Assembly: GCA_963737905.1 (NCBI GenBank)
Contig: CAVTUQ010000008.1
Location: 1-64,000, forward strand
DNA: 64,000 bases
Source of the DNA: an uncultured delta proteobacterium
Lineage (GTDB): Bacteria > Desulfobacterota > Binatia > UBA9968
Direction of reading: 5' to 3'
Shown here piece after piece: positions 1 to 8,243 of this stretch. The position numbers and the translations under genes are program-made. Under the pieces are notes generated by a model that was not told the origin of the DNA, did not search any database, and saw nothing but the letters and a program-made list of their open reading frames with translations. The stretch's first letter is position 1; the number at the start of each line of letters is the position of its first letter.

Positions 1-9
1 CCCGTGTTT

Positions 10-20
10 CGGGTCGGACC
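10..20. repeat. Left 11-bp inverted repeat (CGGGTCGGACC) of the RAYT element
   Basis: Exact reverse complement of 933-943 (GGTCCGACCCG); the pair brackets the transposase ORF. Confidence 0.7.
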
Positions 21-24
21 CAGC

Positions 25-37
25 CAACGGCTTGATT
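25..37 (-). promoter_or_regulatory. IHF consensus site next to the left inverted repeat
   Basis: Minus strand reads AATCAAGCCGTTG, a match to WATCAANNNNTTR. Confidence 0.45.
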
Positions 38-125
38 TATCAACTTAAGGTAGGCATAAAGGGCGTCGGTTAGGAGCTTAGAAGCCGGTTTTTGATTGTG
101 AAAAGGGGCTTCTAAAGAAAAATCG

Positions 126-929
126 ATGCCGCGCGCGAACCGCTACGTCTTACCTGGTTACGTTTGGCACATTACGCACCGCTATCATCAAAGGAAATTT
201 CTACTAAAGTTTGCGCGCGACCGCCGCCGTTACCTGCATTGGGTTTTCGAAGCGCAGAAACGCTTCGGTCTGTGCGTGCTCGACTACGTGGTGACATCCA
301 ATCACGTCCACCTGTTGGTGAAGGATAGCGGCGGGGATGCTATCGCGCAAAGCATGCAGCTCATCGCAGGGCGAACGGCGCAAGAATATAATGAGCGGAA
401 AAATCGGCACGGGGCGTTCTGGGAGGACCGTTATCACGCCTCGGCCATCGAGATTGACGAGCACCTGCATCGCTGTCTGGTCTACATCGATCTCAACATG
501 GTTCGCGCCGGCGCGGTAGGCCATCCTGTCAACTGGGAGCAAAGCGGTTATCGCGAGATTCAGAAGCCTCCCAAGCGTTACGCTATAATCGACCTACCAA
601 TTTTGAGCGAGCTGAGCGGGTTTGCGGACGGGAGGGATTTTCAAACTGCACATCGCCAATGGGTCGAGCAAACGCTTGAGAGTGGTTGCACAGTGCGTGA
701 CGATCGCTGGTCGGAAGCAATTGCGGTCGGGAGTCTGGTGTTTGTCGAGAGCGTCAAGAGCGAGCGCGGCGGCAGAGCGATGCATCGCGGATTTGAGCAG
801 AAAGACGCAGCCTATGCGTTGCGTGAACGCGATGAGGCTTACAACGGTGATTTCAGCGGCAAAAGTGAGCCCCTAAGGCTAGAAAACACGGTCTTTTGGA
901 ACGAAAATACTGCAGCTACGGAGACATAG
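126..929 (+). mobile_element. REP-associated tyrosine transposase (RAYT / Y1 HUH, IS200-like fold)
   Basis: MPR...WHITHR N-terminus, NHVHLL HUH motif, FWEDRY, catalytic Tyr region YIDLNMVRAG, W-SGY motif. Confidence 0.9.
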
Positions 930-932
930 CAC

Positions 933-943
933 GGTCCGACCCG
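933..943. repeat. Right 11-bp inverted repeat (GGTCCGACCCG) of the RAYT element
   Basis: Starts 3 nt after the transposase stop and runs into hairpin CCCGGT-GCG-ACCGGG (940-954). Confidence 0.7.
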
Positions 944-1127
944 GTGCGACCGGGACGGTGGGGAACGTCGGTCGTCGGTCTCGCGGTACAACGCCCCGAC
1001 GGTAAATATTTCGGTTCGATAAGTGCGCCGGAGCCGGTATACGACCACGTCCTCGAGTTCCTAAAGCGTAACCACGGGCGCAAACTCCGCGAAGTCATGG
1101 ATTCCGAGATTGACACCGCTGACGTGA

Positions 1128-1340
1128 TTGAGTAGTTCCCGTGGCCAAGTACCTCCAACGCCTCCTGTCCGAAGTGTGATGGCTACCTGGGAATCGTGGT
1201 CCCCCGAACGGAAGGCCAAGATGCCCGTGCAGCCGATCAATGGACGGTGCCTAAAATGTGGTTATCGCCTTGCGTGGGTGTTGGTTCGAGGGAAGACGAC
1301 GCCCCCCGTCAGAGATGCTGTTCTCTCTAGTCGAGATTGA
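1128..1340 (+). CDS. Small hypothetical protein with CxxC (RCLKCGYRL)
   Basis: ORF track only; zinc-knuckle-like half motif; start uncertain. Confidence 0.3.
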   Translation: MSSSRGQVPPTPPVRSVMATWESWSPERKAKMPVQPINGRCLKCGYRLAWVLVRGKTTPPVRDAVLSSRD

Positions 1341-1442
1341 TTGACAACTTGTTGATTGAGGGGGTAGATCGATCTCGGGCCGCCATAATTTTCGATAACG
1401 GAAATTTACGGTCCTTATTTTCCTGGTCGGGTCTTATGTCTG

Positions 1443-2675
1443 GTGCAGACGATATGTTCATGCTTGCGATGGAATACAATCTCAACGAGATCTGTCACGT
1501 TAGAAGAACTTCTTGTCTCCAGCCTCGCACAAACTGACGCACTGGCGAAGCTCTTGATTGGTAAGGGGCTGATTACCCGAGAAGAGTTTATGCAGAAGAT
1601 TTCAGAGGAACCGGTCGGCGTATCAGAGAGGGCGCTCCTTAGTAACACCACAGGAGGCCAGAACACCGCTAACGGAGTCAACGCGCTCTTTAGCAACACC
1701 GAGGGCACCTTTAACACCGCCAGCGGATTCAATGCGCTTTTTACCAACACCATAGGCAGTAGCAACACTGCCAGCGGATTCCAGGCGCTCTTTAGCAACA
1801 CCGAGGGTACCTTTAACGCCGCCGTCGGACTCCGTGCGCTCTCTAACAACACTACGGGCTTCAACAATACTGCCATCGGAGCCGATGCCCTGTTTAGTAA
1901 CACTACGGGTAGATTCAACACTGCCATCGGACTCAATTCGCTCTCTAGTAACACCACGGGCAATAACAACGCCGCCAGCGGAGATCAGGCTCTCTTTATC
2001 AACACTACAGGCAATAACAACACCGCCAGTGGGGTCATTGCGCTCGGTAGCAACACCACAGGCAGCAACAACACTGCTATCGGATTCGGAGCCGATGTGT
2101 CTACCGGCAATCTGACCAACGCTACGGCCATCGGCTTTGGGGCCATCGTCGATGCCAACAATAAGATTCGCCTTGGAAACACTGCTGTTACGGTGATCCA
2201 AGGGCAGGTGGATTTTACTTTTAGTTCGGACAAGACCAAGAAGGAAAACTTCCAGCCGGTGGATAGCGAAGAGGTACTGGGAAAGATACGCGGCTTTGAG
2301 CTAACGAGCTGGAACTTCATTGGCCACGATCCTAAAGAGTTTCGCCATTATGGCCCGATGGCGCAAGACTTCTTTGCAGCGTTCGGCCACGACGGAGTGG
2401 GACAGATTGGCACGGAGACGACGATCAACTCCGGGGACATGGCGGGGATTTTGATGATCGCCGTGCAGGCGCTGGAGAAGCGCACGGCGGAGTTGAAACA
2501 GAAGGAGGCGCGGATTGCTGTGCTGGAATCGAAGGTCGAAGAGCTAAAAGCCAAACACGCCTACTTTGAGACTGTCTTGACGCGGCTGGAGGCGTTGGAG
2601 TTGCGACAGAACCCCTCTACCCAGATAAGCGCCGAGAAAAGCGTCGGCGGTAAGATGATCGACGTGATGCCGTAA
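1443..2675 (+). CDS. Tail-fibre-like repeat protein with C-terminal intramolecular chaperone (peptidase S74) domain
   Basis: 17-aa NTAxGxxALxxNTxG repeats, then SSDKTKKENF...YGPMAQDF...coiled coil typical of S74 autocleaving chaperones; start uncertain. Confidence 0.8.
   Translation: MQTICSCLRWNTISTRSVTLEELLVSSLAQTDALAKLLIGKGLITREEFMQKISEEPVGVSERALLSNTTGGQNTANGVNALFSNTEGTFNTASGFNALFTNTIGSSNTASGFQALFSNTEGTFNAAVGLRALSNNTTGFNNTAIGADALFSNTTGRFNTAIGLNSLSSNTTGNNNAASGDQALFINTTGNNNTASGVIALGSNTTGSNNTAIGFGADVSTGNLTNATAIGFGAIVDANNKIRLGNTAVTVIQGQVDFTFSSDKTKKENFQPVDSEEVLGKIRGFELTSWNFIGHDPKEFRHYGPMAQDFFAAFGHDGVGQIGTETTINSGDMAGILMIAVQALEKRTAELKQKEARIAVLESKVEELKAKHAYFETVLTRLEALELRQNPSTQISAEKSVGGKMIDVMP
1632..2093 (+). 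repeat. Coding tandem repeat, 51-bp (17-aa) unit, about 8-9 copies
   Basis: Units start at 1662 and recur every 51 nt to 2070 (NTANGVNALFSNTEGTF, NTASGFNALFTNTIGSS, ...). Confidence 0.85.
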
Positions 2676-2793
2676 GCTTAATAATAATGGTCAAAAGAAT
2701 AGTCTGACAGCAGCCGGCAGTGACCGGCAAATAGCGATTTGAAGGCCTTATTCTAAGGTAAAGGTAGAGCTGAGCAAGAGTTCTTTTACACTG

Positions 2794-2810
2794 TCTCGCT
2801 GCCTCCACCA
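2794..2810 (+). other. tmRNA-like (or tRNA-Ala-like) 3'-end remnant, candidate att site
   Basis: TCTCGCTGCCTCCACCA resembles the ssrA 3' end (TCCCGCCGCCTCCACCA) with CCA; no 5' part present; followed by a terminator. Confidence 0.5.
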
Positions 2811-2815
2811 ATTGG

Positions 2816-2852
2816 AAAAGGGCGGGTAACTTACCCACCCTTTTTCTTTTTT
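2816..2852 (+). terminator. Intrinsic terminator
   Basis: AAAAGGGCGGG-TAACTTA-CCCACCC-TTTTTCTTTT. Confidence 0.75.
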
Positions 2853-2925
2853 CTTTGTGGTATTGACATTAGTGCTTGTCTGTTGGAAATAAGGGAGCGG
2901 AAGACCACCCGGCAAGGGCGAATAT

Positions 2926-3624
2926 ATGGAATTCCTCGCAAATCCTGAGTTCTGGGTCCGTTGGTTCGGCATCGTGATCCTCGACCTTAGTTTGGCCGGC
3001 GACAATGCTCTGGTTATCGCCTTGGCAGTCAGGACCCTTCCTCCTCGCGAACAGTTTTTAGGACGAGTCGGCGGCACCTTCGGAGCAGTGGGGCTCCGGT
3101 TCGCATTTATTGCCATAATCACGCAGCTTCTCAGGATTCCTTATCTCCAGGCCGTCGGAGGCTTAATCCTGATCTGGATCGCCGTCAAGCTACTTCGTCA
3201 GGACGCGAGTGGGGAGGGACGGGAGGTACGCCATGGAACTACACTTTGGGAAGCTATCTGGGTTATCATCGTAGCCGATATAATCATGAGTCTCGATAAC
3301 GTCTTGGCGGTGGCGGCCGCCTCCCACGGCGACCTCGCTCTCGTGATCTTCGGCATTGGATTGTCGATCCCCATTGTTATCTGCGGGGCGGGTTTCTTGG
3401 CCACGCTAATGAACCGGTTTCAGTGGATTGTATGGCTTGGCGGAGGGATCCTCGGCTGGGTAGCCGGCGAGATGGTAGTCGAGGATAGAAACCTCGATGT
3501 TTGGCTCGAGCCTTGGGCGGGTTTTCTCCCATGGATACTACCAGCTGTGCTGGCGGCGGCTCTGATCTCACTGGGATGGTGGTTGGCGCGTCGGACCGAG
3601 CAGGGCGAACCCATGAATGTCTAA
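2926..3624 (+). CDS. TerC family (YjbE-type) membrane metal transporter
   Basis: DLSLAGDNALVIALA and ADIIMSLDNVLAVAA motifs; several TM helices. Confidence 0.9.
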   Translation: MEFLANPEFWVRWFGIVILDLSLAGDNALVIALAVRTLPPREQFLGRVGGTFGAVGLRFAFIAIITQLLRIPYLQAVGGLILIWIAVKLLRQDASGEGREVRHGTTLWEAIWVIIVADIIMSLDNVLAVAAASHGDLALVIFGIGLSIPIVICGAGFLATLMNRFQWIVWLGGGILGWVAGEMVVEDRNLDVWLEPWAGFLPWILPAVLAAALISLGWWLARRTEQGEPMNV

Positions 3625-3845
3625 CCAGAACGCTTCTTCGGCAATTCATTTTCAAATCGTGACCCGGCGCTAACCGGTTCGTCCGAAGGCGCCTTGAGGA
3701 CTCTCATCCTGCTAGGGACTCAGGGTGATTCGATTCCCACCGGCGTCAGCAGCTTTCCGCTTTCGACAAGCTCTCGGTCGGTGGTTCACCTGTGCGGCAA
3801 CCACCAATGAACGGTTTAAACCGTCTCAGTTCATTCCTTAGTTCC

Positions 3846-4901
3846 TTAAAAAATTGTTATCGGAAACGCAGCTTGCACAAGCACCACTGCCGCGAGAACC
3901 ACACCGACTATGGCCAACCATATCCAGAGCTTATTGGACGCGGCAAACAACCCACTGAAGGAAAATTGGAAACCGTCGGAGCCCCGGCTCTCGGGTTGGA
4001 CGCAAAGAGAAGCTACGATGGAAAGGGCTAAGATTCCCGCTACGACGGCGAGCGAGGTGCCGATGGGAATCTTGTAGATATCAACGAGCAGCATCTTGAT
4101 ACCCACGAACCCAAGCACCACGCCCAACCCGTATCGCAGGTAAACAAATAGATCGATGATTCCCGCCAATAAAAAATAGAGGGATCGAAGGCCCAGTATC
4201 GCAAAAACGTTAGAGGTATAAATAATGAATGGGTCGCGGCTCACGGCGAAAATGGCCGGAACCGAGTCTACGGCAAAGATCAGGTCGGTGCTTTCGACGA
4301 CCAAAAGGACGACGAACAGAGGCGTGGCCGCCCATCTTCGGTTCTGTTTTACAAAAAAGTTTGGACCTTCGTAGTTTGAAGAGAGCGGCATCAACCGACG
4401 CAGCAGCTTGATGACCGGGTTATCTTCTGGACGGACAGTGGTTTCCTCTTTCACGAGCATCTTGATTCCGGTGAAGACCAGGAAGGCGCCGAAGATGTAG
4501 ATGACCCAATGGAAATGTTGCAAAAGTAAGGCTCCCGTCCCGATAAATGCGCCGCGCATAACGAGCGCTCCCAGGATGCCCCAGAAAAGCACGCGATACT
4601 GGTATGAAGGTTGAACCGCAAAATAGGAGAAGATAAGGATGAAGACGAAAATGTTATCGACACTGAGTGAATATTCGATCAGGTATCCTGTGAAAAACTC
4701 AAGTGCCTTTTCCGATCCCAGCCAGATGTAGATCCCGGCGTTAAACAGAATCGCCAGCGCAACCCAGACAAGGCACCAAGTCGTGGCTTCCCGGGTCGTG
4801 ACCGCATGAGCCTTACGGTGAAACACCCCGAGGTCGATGGTCAGCATGCCCAGCACAAAGATGTTAAAGATGATCCATAAAAATAACCGGTCTGGTGTCA
4901 T
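3846..4901 (-). CDS. TerC/Alx family membrane protein (Mn-related) with C-terminal extension
   Basis: GYLIEYSLSVDNIFVF, DLIFAVDSVPAIFA and YTSNVFAILGLRSLYF motifs; start placed at ATG 4901. Confidence 0.9.
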   Translation of the reverse strand: MTPDRLFLWIIFNIFVLGMLTIDLGVFHRKAHAVTTREATTWCLVWVALAILFNAGIYIWLGSEKALEFFTGYLIEYSLSVDNIFVFILIFSYFAVQPSYQYRVLFWGILGALVMRGAFIGTGALLLQHFHWVIYIFGAFLVFTGIKMLVKEETTVRPEDNPVIKLLRRLMPLSSNYEGPNFFVKQNRRWAATPLFVVLLVVESTDLIFAVDSVPAIFAVSRDPFIIYTSNVFAILGLRSLYFLLAGIIDLFVYLRYGLGVVLGFVGIKMLLVDIYKIPIGTSLAVVAGILALSIVASLCVQPESRGSDGFQFSFSGLFAASNKLWIWLAIVGVVLAAVVLVQAAFPITIF

Positions 4902-4992
4902 AAATTTTCCTTCCCATAATTTCTGCGGCGCTATTTCGCAGTCCCCGTTCGGGGTCAATACGCTCAGGATGGTTTCGTTGCTGCGGTGTCCC

Positions 4993-5475
4993 TTATTTGC
5001 CGATGTTGACCAGTGCGGAAATGGCCCCGGTCACACTGGCTGTGAGTGTTCCGCCGAGCCGATCGCGATTCTTGAGGCGGGACAGTTCACGAGCCAGGAT
5101 GCTCTCAAGCTTGGCTTCATCTAGAGTTCGGATGCCTTCGTTAACCACCACCGCGGCATGCTTCTCGTCTCTGCCTGTGGCAAAGGCAGTAGCCGTCTGT
5201 CGAGGAAGCAAATATAATTTGGGCATGGGCATCTGTGCCCGGCACGTGAGATCTTGAACCGTGCGATAAAGCCGCGGCAAGCTATCGGGTTGAATTTCCT
5301 TTGCACCGTGCATGCGCAGAATGATTTTGTCGATGAACCAGTAGTTGATAGCGTGGACGACTAAAGCGATCATGAGGGCGATCAACGCGCCCTCTGCGCC
5401 GCCCAGCGCCCTACCGGCTTTGACCACAATCACGGTCAGAAACGTCATGAGAAAAGTCATTTTCAAAGTGTTCAT
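4993..5475 (-). CDS. Truncated HtpX/M48-like membrane protein with HEXXH replaced by RELSR
   Basis: MNTLKMTFLM N-terminus, PMPKLY, AFATGRD..HAAVVV, LESILARELSRLKNRD (canonical LAHELSHVKNRD); 160 aa; RBS AAGGAGA. Confidence 0.8.
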   Translation of the reverse strand: MNTLKMTFLMTFLTVIVVKAGRALGGAEGALIALMIALVVHAINYWFIDKIILRMHGAKEIQPDSLPRLYRTVQDLTCRAQMPMPKLYLLPRQTATAFATGRDEKHAAVVVNEGIRTLDEAKLESILARELSRLKNRDRLGGTLTASVTGAISALVNIGK

Positions 5476-5636
5476 TTGAATCTCCTTAGCTGTCCCAACC
5501 AGGCCGTTCTTTGGTTGCCGGCGCGGACTTTTCCTCGCGCTTCACGCCAAAGGGCCGGGACACGAAGAATCTGTTGGGACCGATCTTGAGCTAGCCCAGG
5601 TCCAATAAAAGAATAGAGCTTAAGGAGAGGGGAATT

Positions 5637-5948
5637 CTAAAGGCGATAAACTTGTTGAAGGCTATAGAGCTCTTGTTGCGAAAAAGTGGACGGTTTTTTT
5701 ATCCTGGCAGCGGAGAGAAAATTTTCTTTTCGGAAACCGAAGCCACCCGACAGCGCTGATAAGTTGGTTGTGGTCCGACGGCTGCGTAAACGCGCCGAAT
5801 CTTTGAACCTTAGCGAGATAACCAGGGTGTCGATCGAAGAAGCTTCTTCCTCGAGATCGTCATCGAAGTCGGCACGCACCTCGATGCCATCTGCAAAAAG
5901 GCAAAATGCTAAAAGGAGTGAGAGAAAGAGAGCGATCTTGGCTTTCAC
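5637..5948 (-). CDS. Small signal-peptide protein upstream of the htpX-like/terC operon
   Basis: Basic-hydrophobic signal-like N-terminus, acidic DFDDDLEEE, C-terminal LYSLQQVYRL. Confidence 0.55.
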   Translation of the reverse strand: MKAKIALFLSLLLAFCLFADGIEVRADFDDDLEEEASSIDTLVISLRFKDSARLRSRRTTTNLSALSGGFGFRKENFLSAARIKKPSTFSQQELYSLQQVYRL

Positions 5949-6135
5949 GTGAGAGTTGCCTATCAGACTGTGGCCCTTACGTCAAATTACAAAATTCCGG
6001 GATCAATGGCGCGCGCTTTGTAACTAGTGTGACAAACCCGGCCTCTTCTCTTTTCGGGTCTTGAAACTGTTCGTCAGTTATGACTAATAGCCACTGTTAG
6101 TTTAGCCCGCTGATAATCATCGTGGGGAGGCACGG

Positions 6136-7332
6136 ATGACAAATTGGCTTTGGATCGGCTCAGCTACTTTGCTTTGTCTTCAATGGATCGTTTTACATCT
6201 CTCGGGAGCACATCCTTCCCCGGAATGGCAGTCCTTGAGCGCTGGTCTGGCGATATTTGGCGCGGCGTTCCTGCTTTCCTGGGCCGCGGAGCTGGCCCAA
6301 TTAGAAATTCCGCAGTCGCTGGCCATTGCGCTTCTGGCTTTGATCGCCGTGCTCCCGGAATACGCCGTTGACATGTATTTCGCTTGGGTAGCCGGCAAAG
6401 ATCCCAAGTACACGGCGTTTGCCATGGCCAATATGACCGGCGCCAATCGTTTGCTGATCGGCGTCGGCTGGGCCGCCGTGGTGATTACCGTTTGGCTAAA
6501 ATCCGGCAGGCGAGGCATCGCGTTGGAACCGGAGCACAAGATCGAAATCTTTTACCTCGGGCTGGCGACCATTTATTCCTTTATCATTCCGTTCAAAGGC
6601 CGGCTCGACTTAATCGACGCGGCGGTGCTCGTTACCATTTTTGCTTTCTATATGCGGGCCGCGGCAAAAGCCTCGCATGTCGAGCCGGAGCTCGAGGGCC
6701 CAGCTGAATTGGTCGAGAGCTGGGGGCAAGGGCCGCGGCGCTTCTTTACGATCGCGTTTTTTCTCTACTCGGGATTCACCATCTTCATCGCCGCCGAGCC
6801 TTTTGCCGAAGGACTTCTGGCCACCGGTCGCACGTTTGGGATTGAAGAGTTCATCTTGGTCCAGTGGCTCGCGCCCCTGGCGTCGGAATCGCCGGAGTTC
6901 ATCGTCGCGATTTTATTCGCGCTGCGCATGCAGCCGGGAATAAGCATGGGCGCGTTGCTTTCATCGAAGGTCAACCAGTGGACTTTGCTTATTGGAATGT
7001 TGCCGGTGGTTTACGCGGTTTCCGCCGGCCGCTTTGGTGGAATGGAAATGGATAGCCGCCAGGTGGAAGAGTTGTTTCTAACGGCGGCGCAATCGCTGTT
7101 CGCCGTGGCGATCTTGGCTAATCTCTCTTTCACTCTCGGCGAGGCTACACTGATTTTCGTCCTTTTCTCGACGCAGCTCCTGGTTCCCGATCCGCGCTTT
7201 CGCTACTACTATTCGTTTATGTACATCGTGCTGGCGGTGGGTTGGATATTGTTTAACAAAGGGGCGCGGCAGGGGGTCGTTGGCCTCTTTTCTAGAGCTC
7301 CGAGCCCCCGGGCTGTAAAAATTACCGAGTGA
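6136..7332 (+). CDS. CaCA-superfamily cation antiporter (Na/Ca exchanger-like)
   Basis: Alpha-repeat-like motifs AVLPEYAVD...ANMTGANRLL and LASESPEF...LLSSKVNQW; about 10 TMs; RBS GGAGG. Confidence 0.85.
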   Translation: MTNWLWIGSATLLCLQWIVLHLSGAHPSPEWQSLSAGLAIFGAAFLLSWAAELAQLEIPQSLAIALLALIAVLPEYAVDMYFAWVAGKDPKYTAFAMANMTGANRLLIGVGWAAVVITVWLKSGRRGIALEPEHKIEIFYLGLATIYSFIIPFKGRLDLIDAAVLVTIFAFYMRAAAKASHVEPELEGPAELVESWGQGPRRFFTIAFFLYSGFTIFIAAEPFAEGLLATGRTFGIEEFILVQWLAPLASESPEFIVAILFALRMQPGISMGALLSSKVNQWTLLIGMLPVVYAVSAGRFGGMEMDSRQVEELFLTAAQSLFAVAILANLSFTLGEATLIFVLFSTQLLVPDPRFRYYYSFMYIVLAVGWILFNKGARQGVVGLFSRAPSPRAVKITE

Positions 7333-7429
7333 GCGCTTGCGGTATTAAGCTGGGAAAAAATTGAGGTCACGGCTCTGAACGATTCCGGCGAGGCTGCGGA
7401 TTTGCAGTGGAACCGAACCTCTAGGGACG

Positions 7430-7747
7430 ATGAGAATCACGCCCTTCGGAATAGCCGGGCAGCTTGGCGCGCGCGGCATCCTACAATTCATCTTACACCT
7501 GCCAAAATTCCTGAAACTCTTCTCGCGTTTGTTCAAGGATCCGCGGGTATCGCTGGCACCGAAATTGGTTCCGTTAGGCGTCCTGGGCTATCTGATTTTG
7601 CCGGTTGATTTGCTGCCCGACGTTGTCCTGGGCCTCGGACAGCTCGACGATCTTTTAGTGCTCCTGCTGGGGCTCAGATTATTTCTCCGGTTGTGCCCGC
7701 CTGAAGTCGTTCAAGAGCATGTAAAGACAATCGCCGCCGGACGCTAG
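7430..7747 (+). CDS. YkvA/DUF1232 family membrane protein
   Basis: DPRV...K...YLILPVDLLPD..LGLGQLDD motif. Confidence 0.85.
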   Translation: MRITPFGIAGQLGARGILQFILHLPKFLKLFSRLFKDPRVSLAPKLVPLGVLGYLILPVDLLPDVVLGLGQLDDLLVLLLGLRLFLRLCPPEVVQEHVKTIAAGR

Positions 7748-7769
7748 GGACGCCTATTTACTGTGGGGC

Positions 7770-7979
7770 TTAATGTTTAGCGGCGGCTTTTTCTTCCTTG
7801 ATCAGTTCATGAATGAGACGCGGTACACCGCCACAGCTGAAACAGCGCGGCGGCTGGTATTTTGTTTCCCCCTCTGGGTAACGCATGAAGCGTTTGTAGA
7901 AAGGCTTTTCAGTTCCGACAAAGTCATCGTAATAGAAAGCCAGCTTGCCGCACTCGCTGCATTGTAAATACTTCGCCAT
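7770..7979 (-). CDS. Small zinc-ribbon protein
   Basis: CSECG and CFSCG motifs in 69 aa; RBS GAGGA. Confidence 0.65.
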   Translation of the reverse strand: MAKYLQCSECGKLAFYYDDFVGTEKPFYKRFMRYPEGETKYQPPRCFSCGGVPRLIHELIKEEKAAAKH

Positions 7980-8084
7980 GGTCTTCCTCGTTAACGTTTA
8001 GTTCCCAAAAACGGTGGATGAGTGTGAAGTATTTCAAAACGGCGCTGCCTTTTCAATCTGCTTTTACGCTTCCCCCTATTTTTG

Positions 8085-8113
8085 TTGCAAGGGCTGCAAA
8101 TCCCCTCTAGAAT
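8085..8113 (+). promoter_or_regulatory. Candidate sigma70 promoter for the GST gene
   Basis: TTGCAA-N17-TAGAAT. Confidence 0.45.
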
Positions 8114-8243
8114 CGTGGGTACTGCTCGATCAGCAAGGGGGTATAAGTATTCATCAGCTGAGGGATGAGAGGCAACTCGATCAACGTGTTCAGCGCTAAT
8201 CAACCGCTAAATACCAAACGTTCAAAAGGAGGAGGAATAAACA

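Noticed and set aside
1632-2093. Regular repeats as a possible CRISPR array
   Set aside because: In-frame degenerate 51-bp coding repeats with no spacers and no cas genes.
1415-2201. Long antisense ORFs over the repeat gene, and similar shadow ORFs elsewhere
   Set aside because: By-products of repeat periodicity and codon bias; no RBS or motifs.
2853-2925. yybP-ykoY manganese riboswitch upstream of terC
   Set aside because: Region is short and lacks the conserved core.
6017-6036. Imperfect palindrome TTTGTAACTAGTGTGACAAA between divergent genes
   Set aside because: Single instance with no assignable regulator; could be chance.
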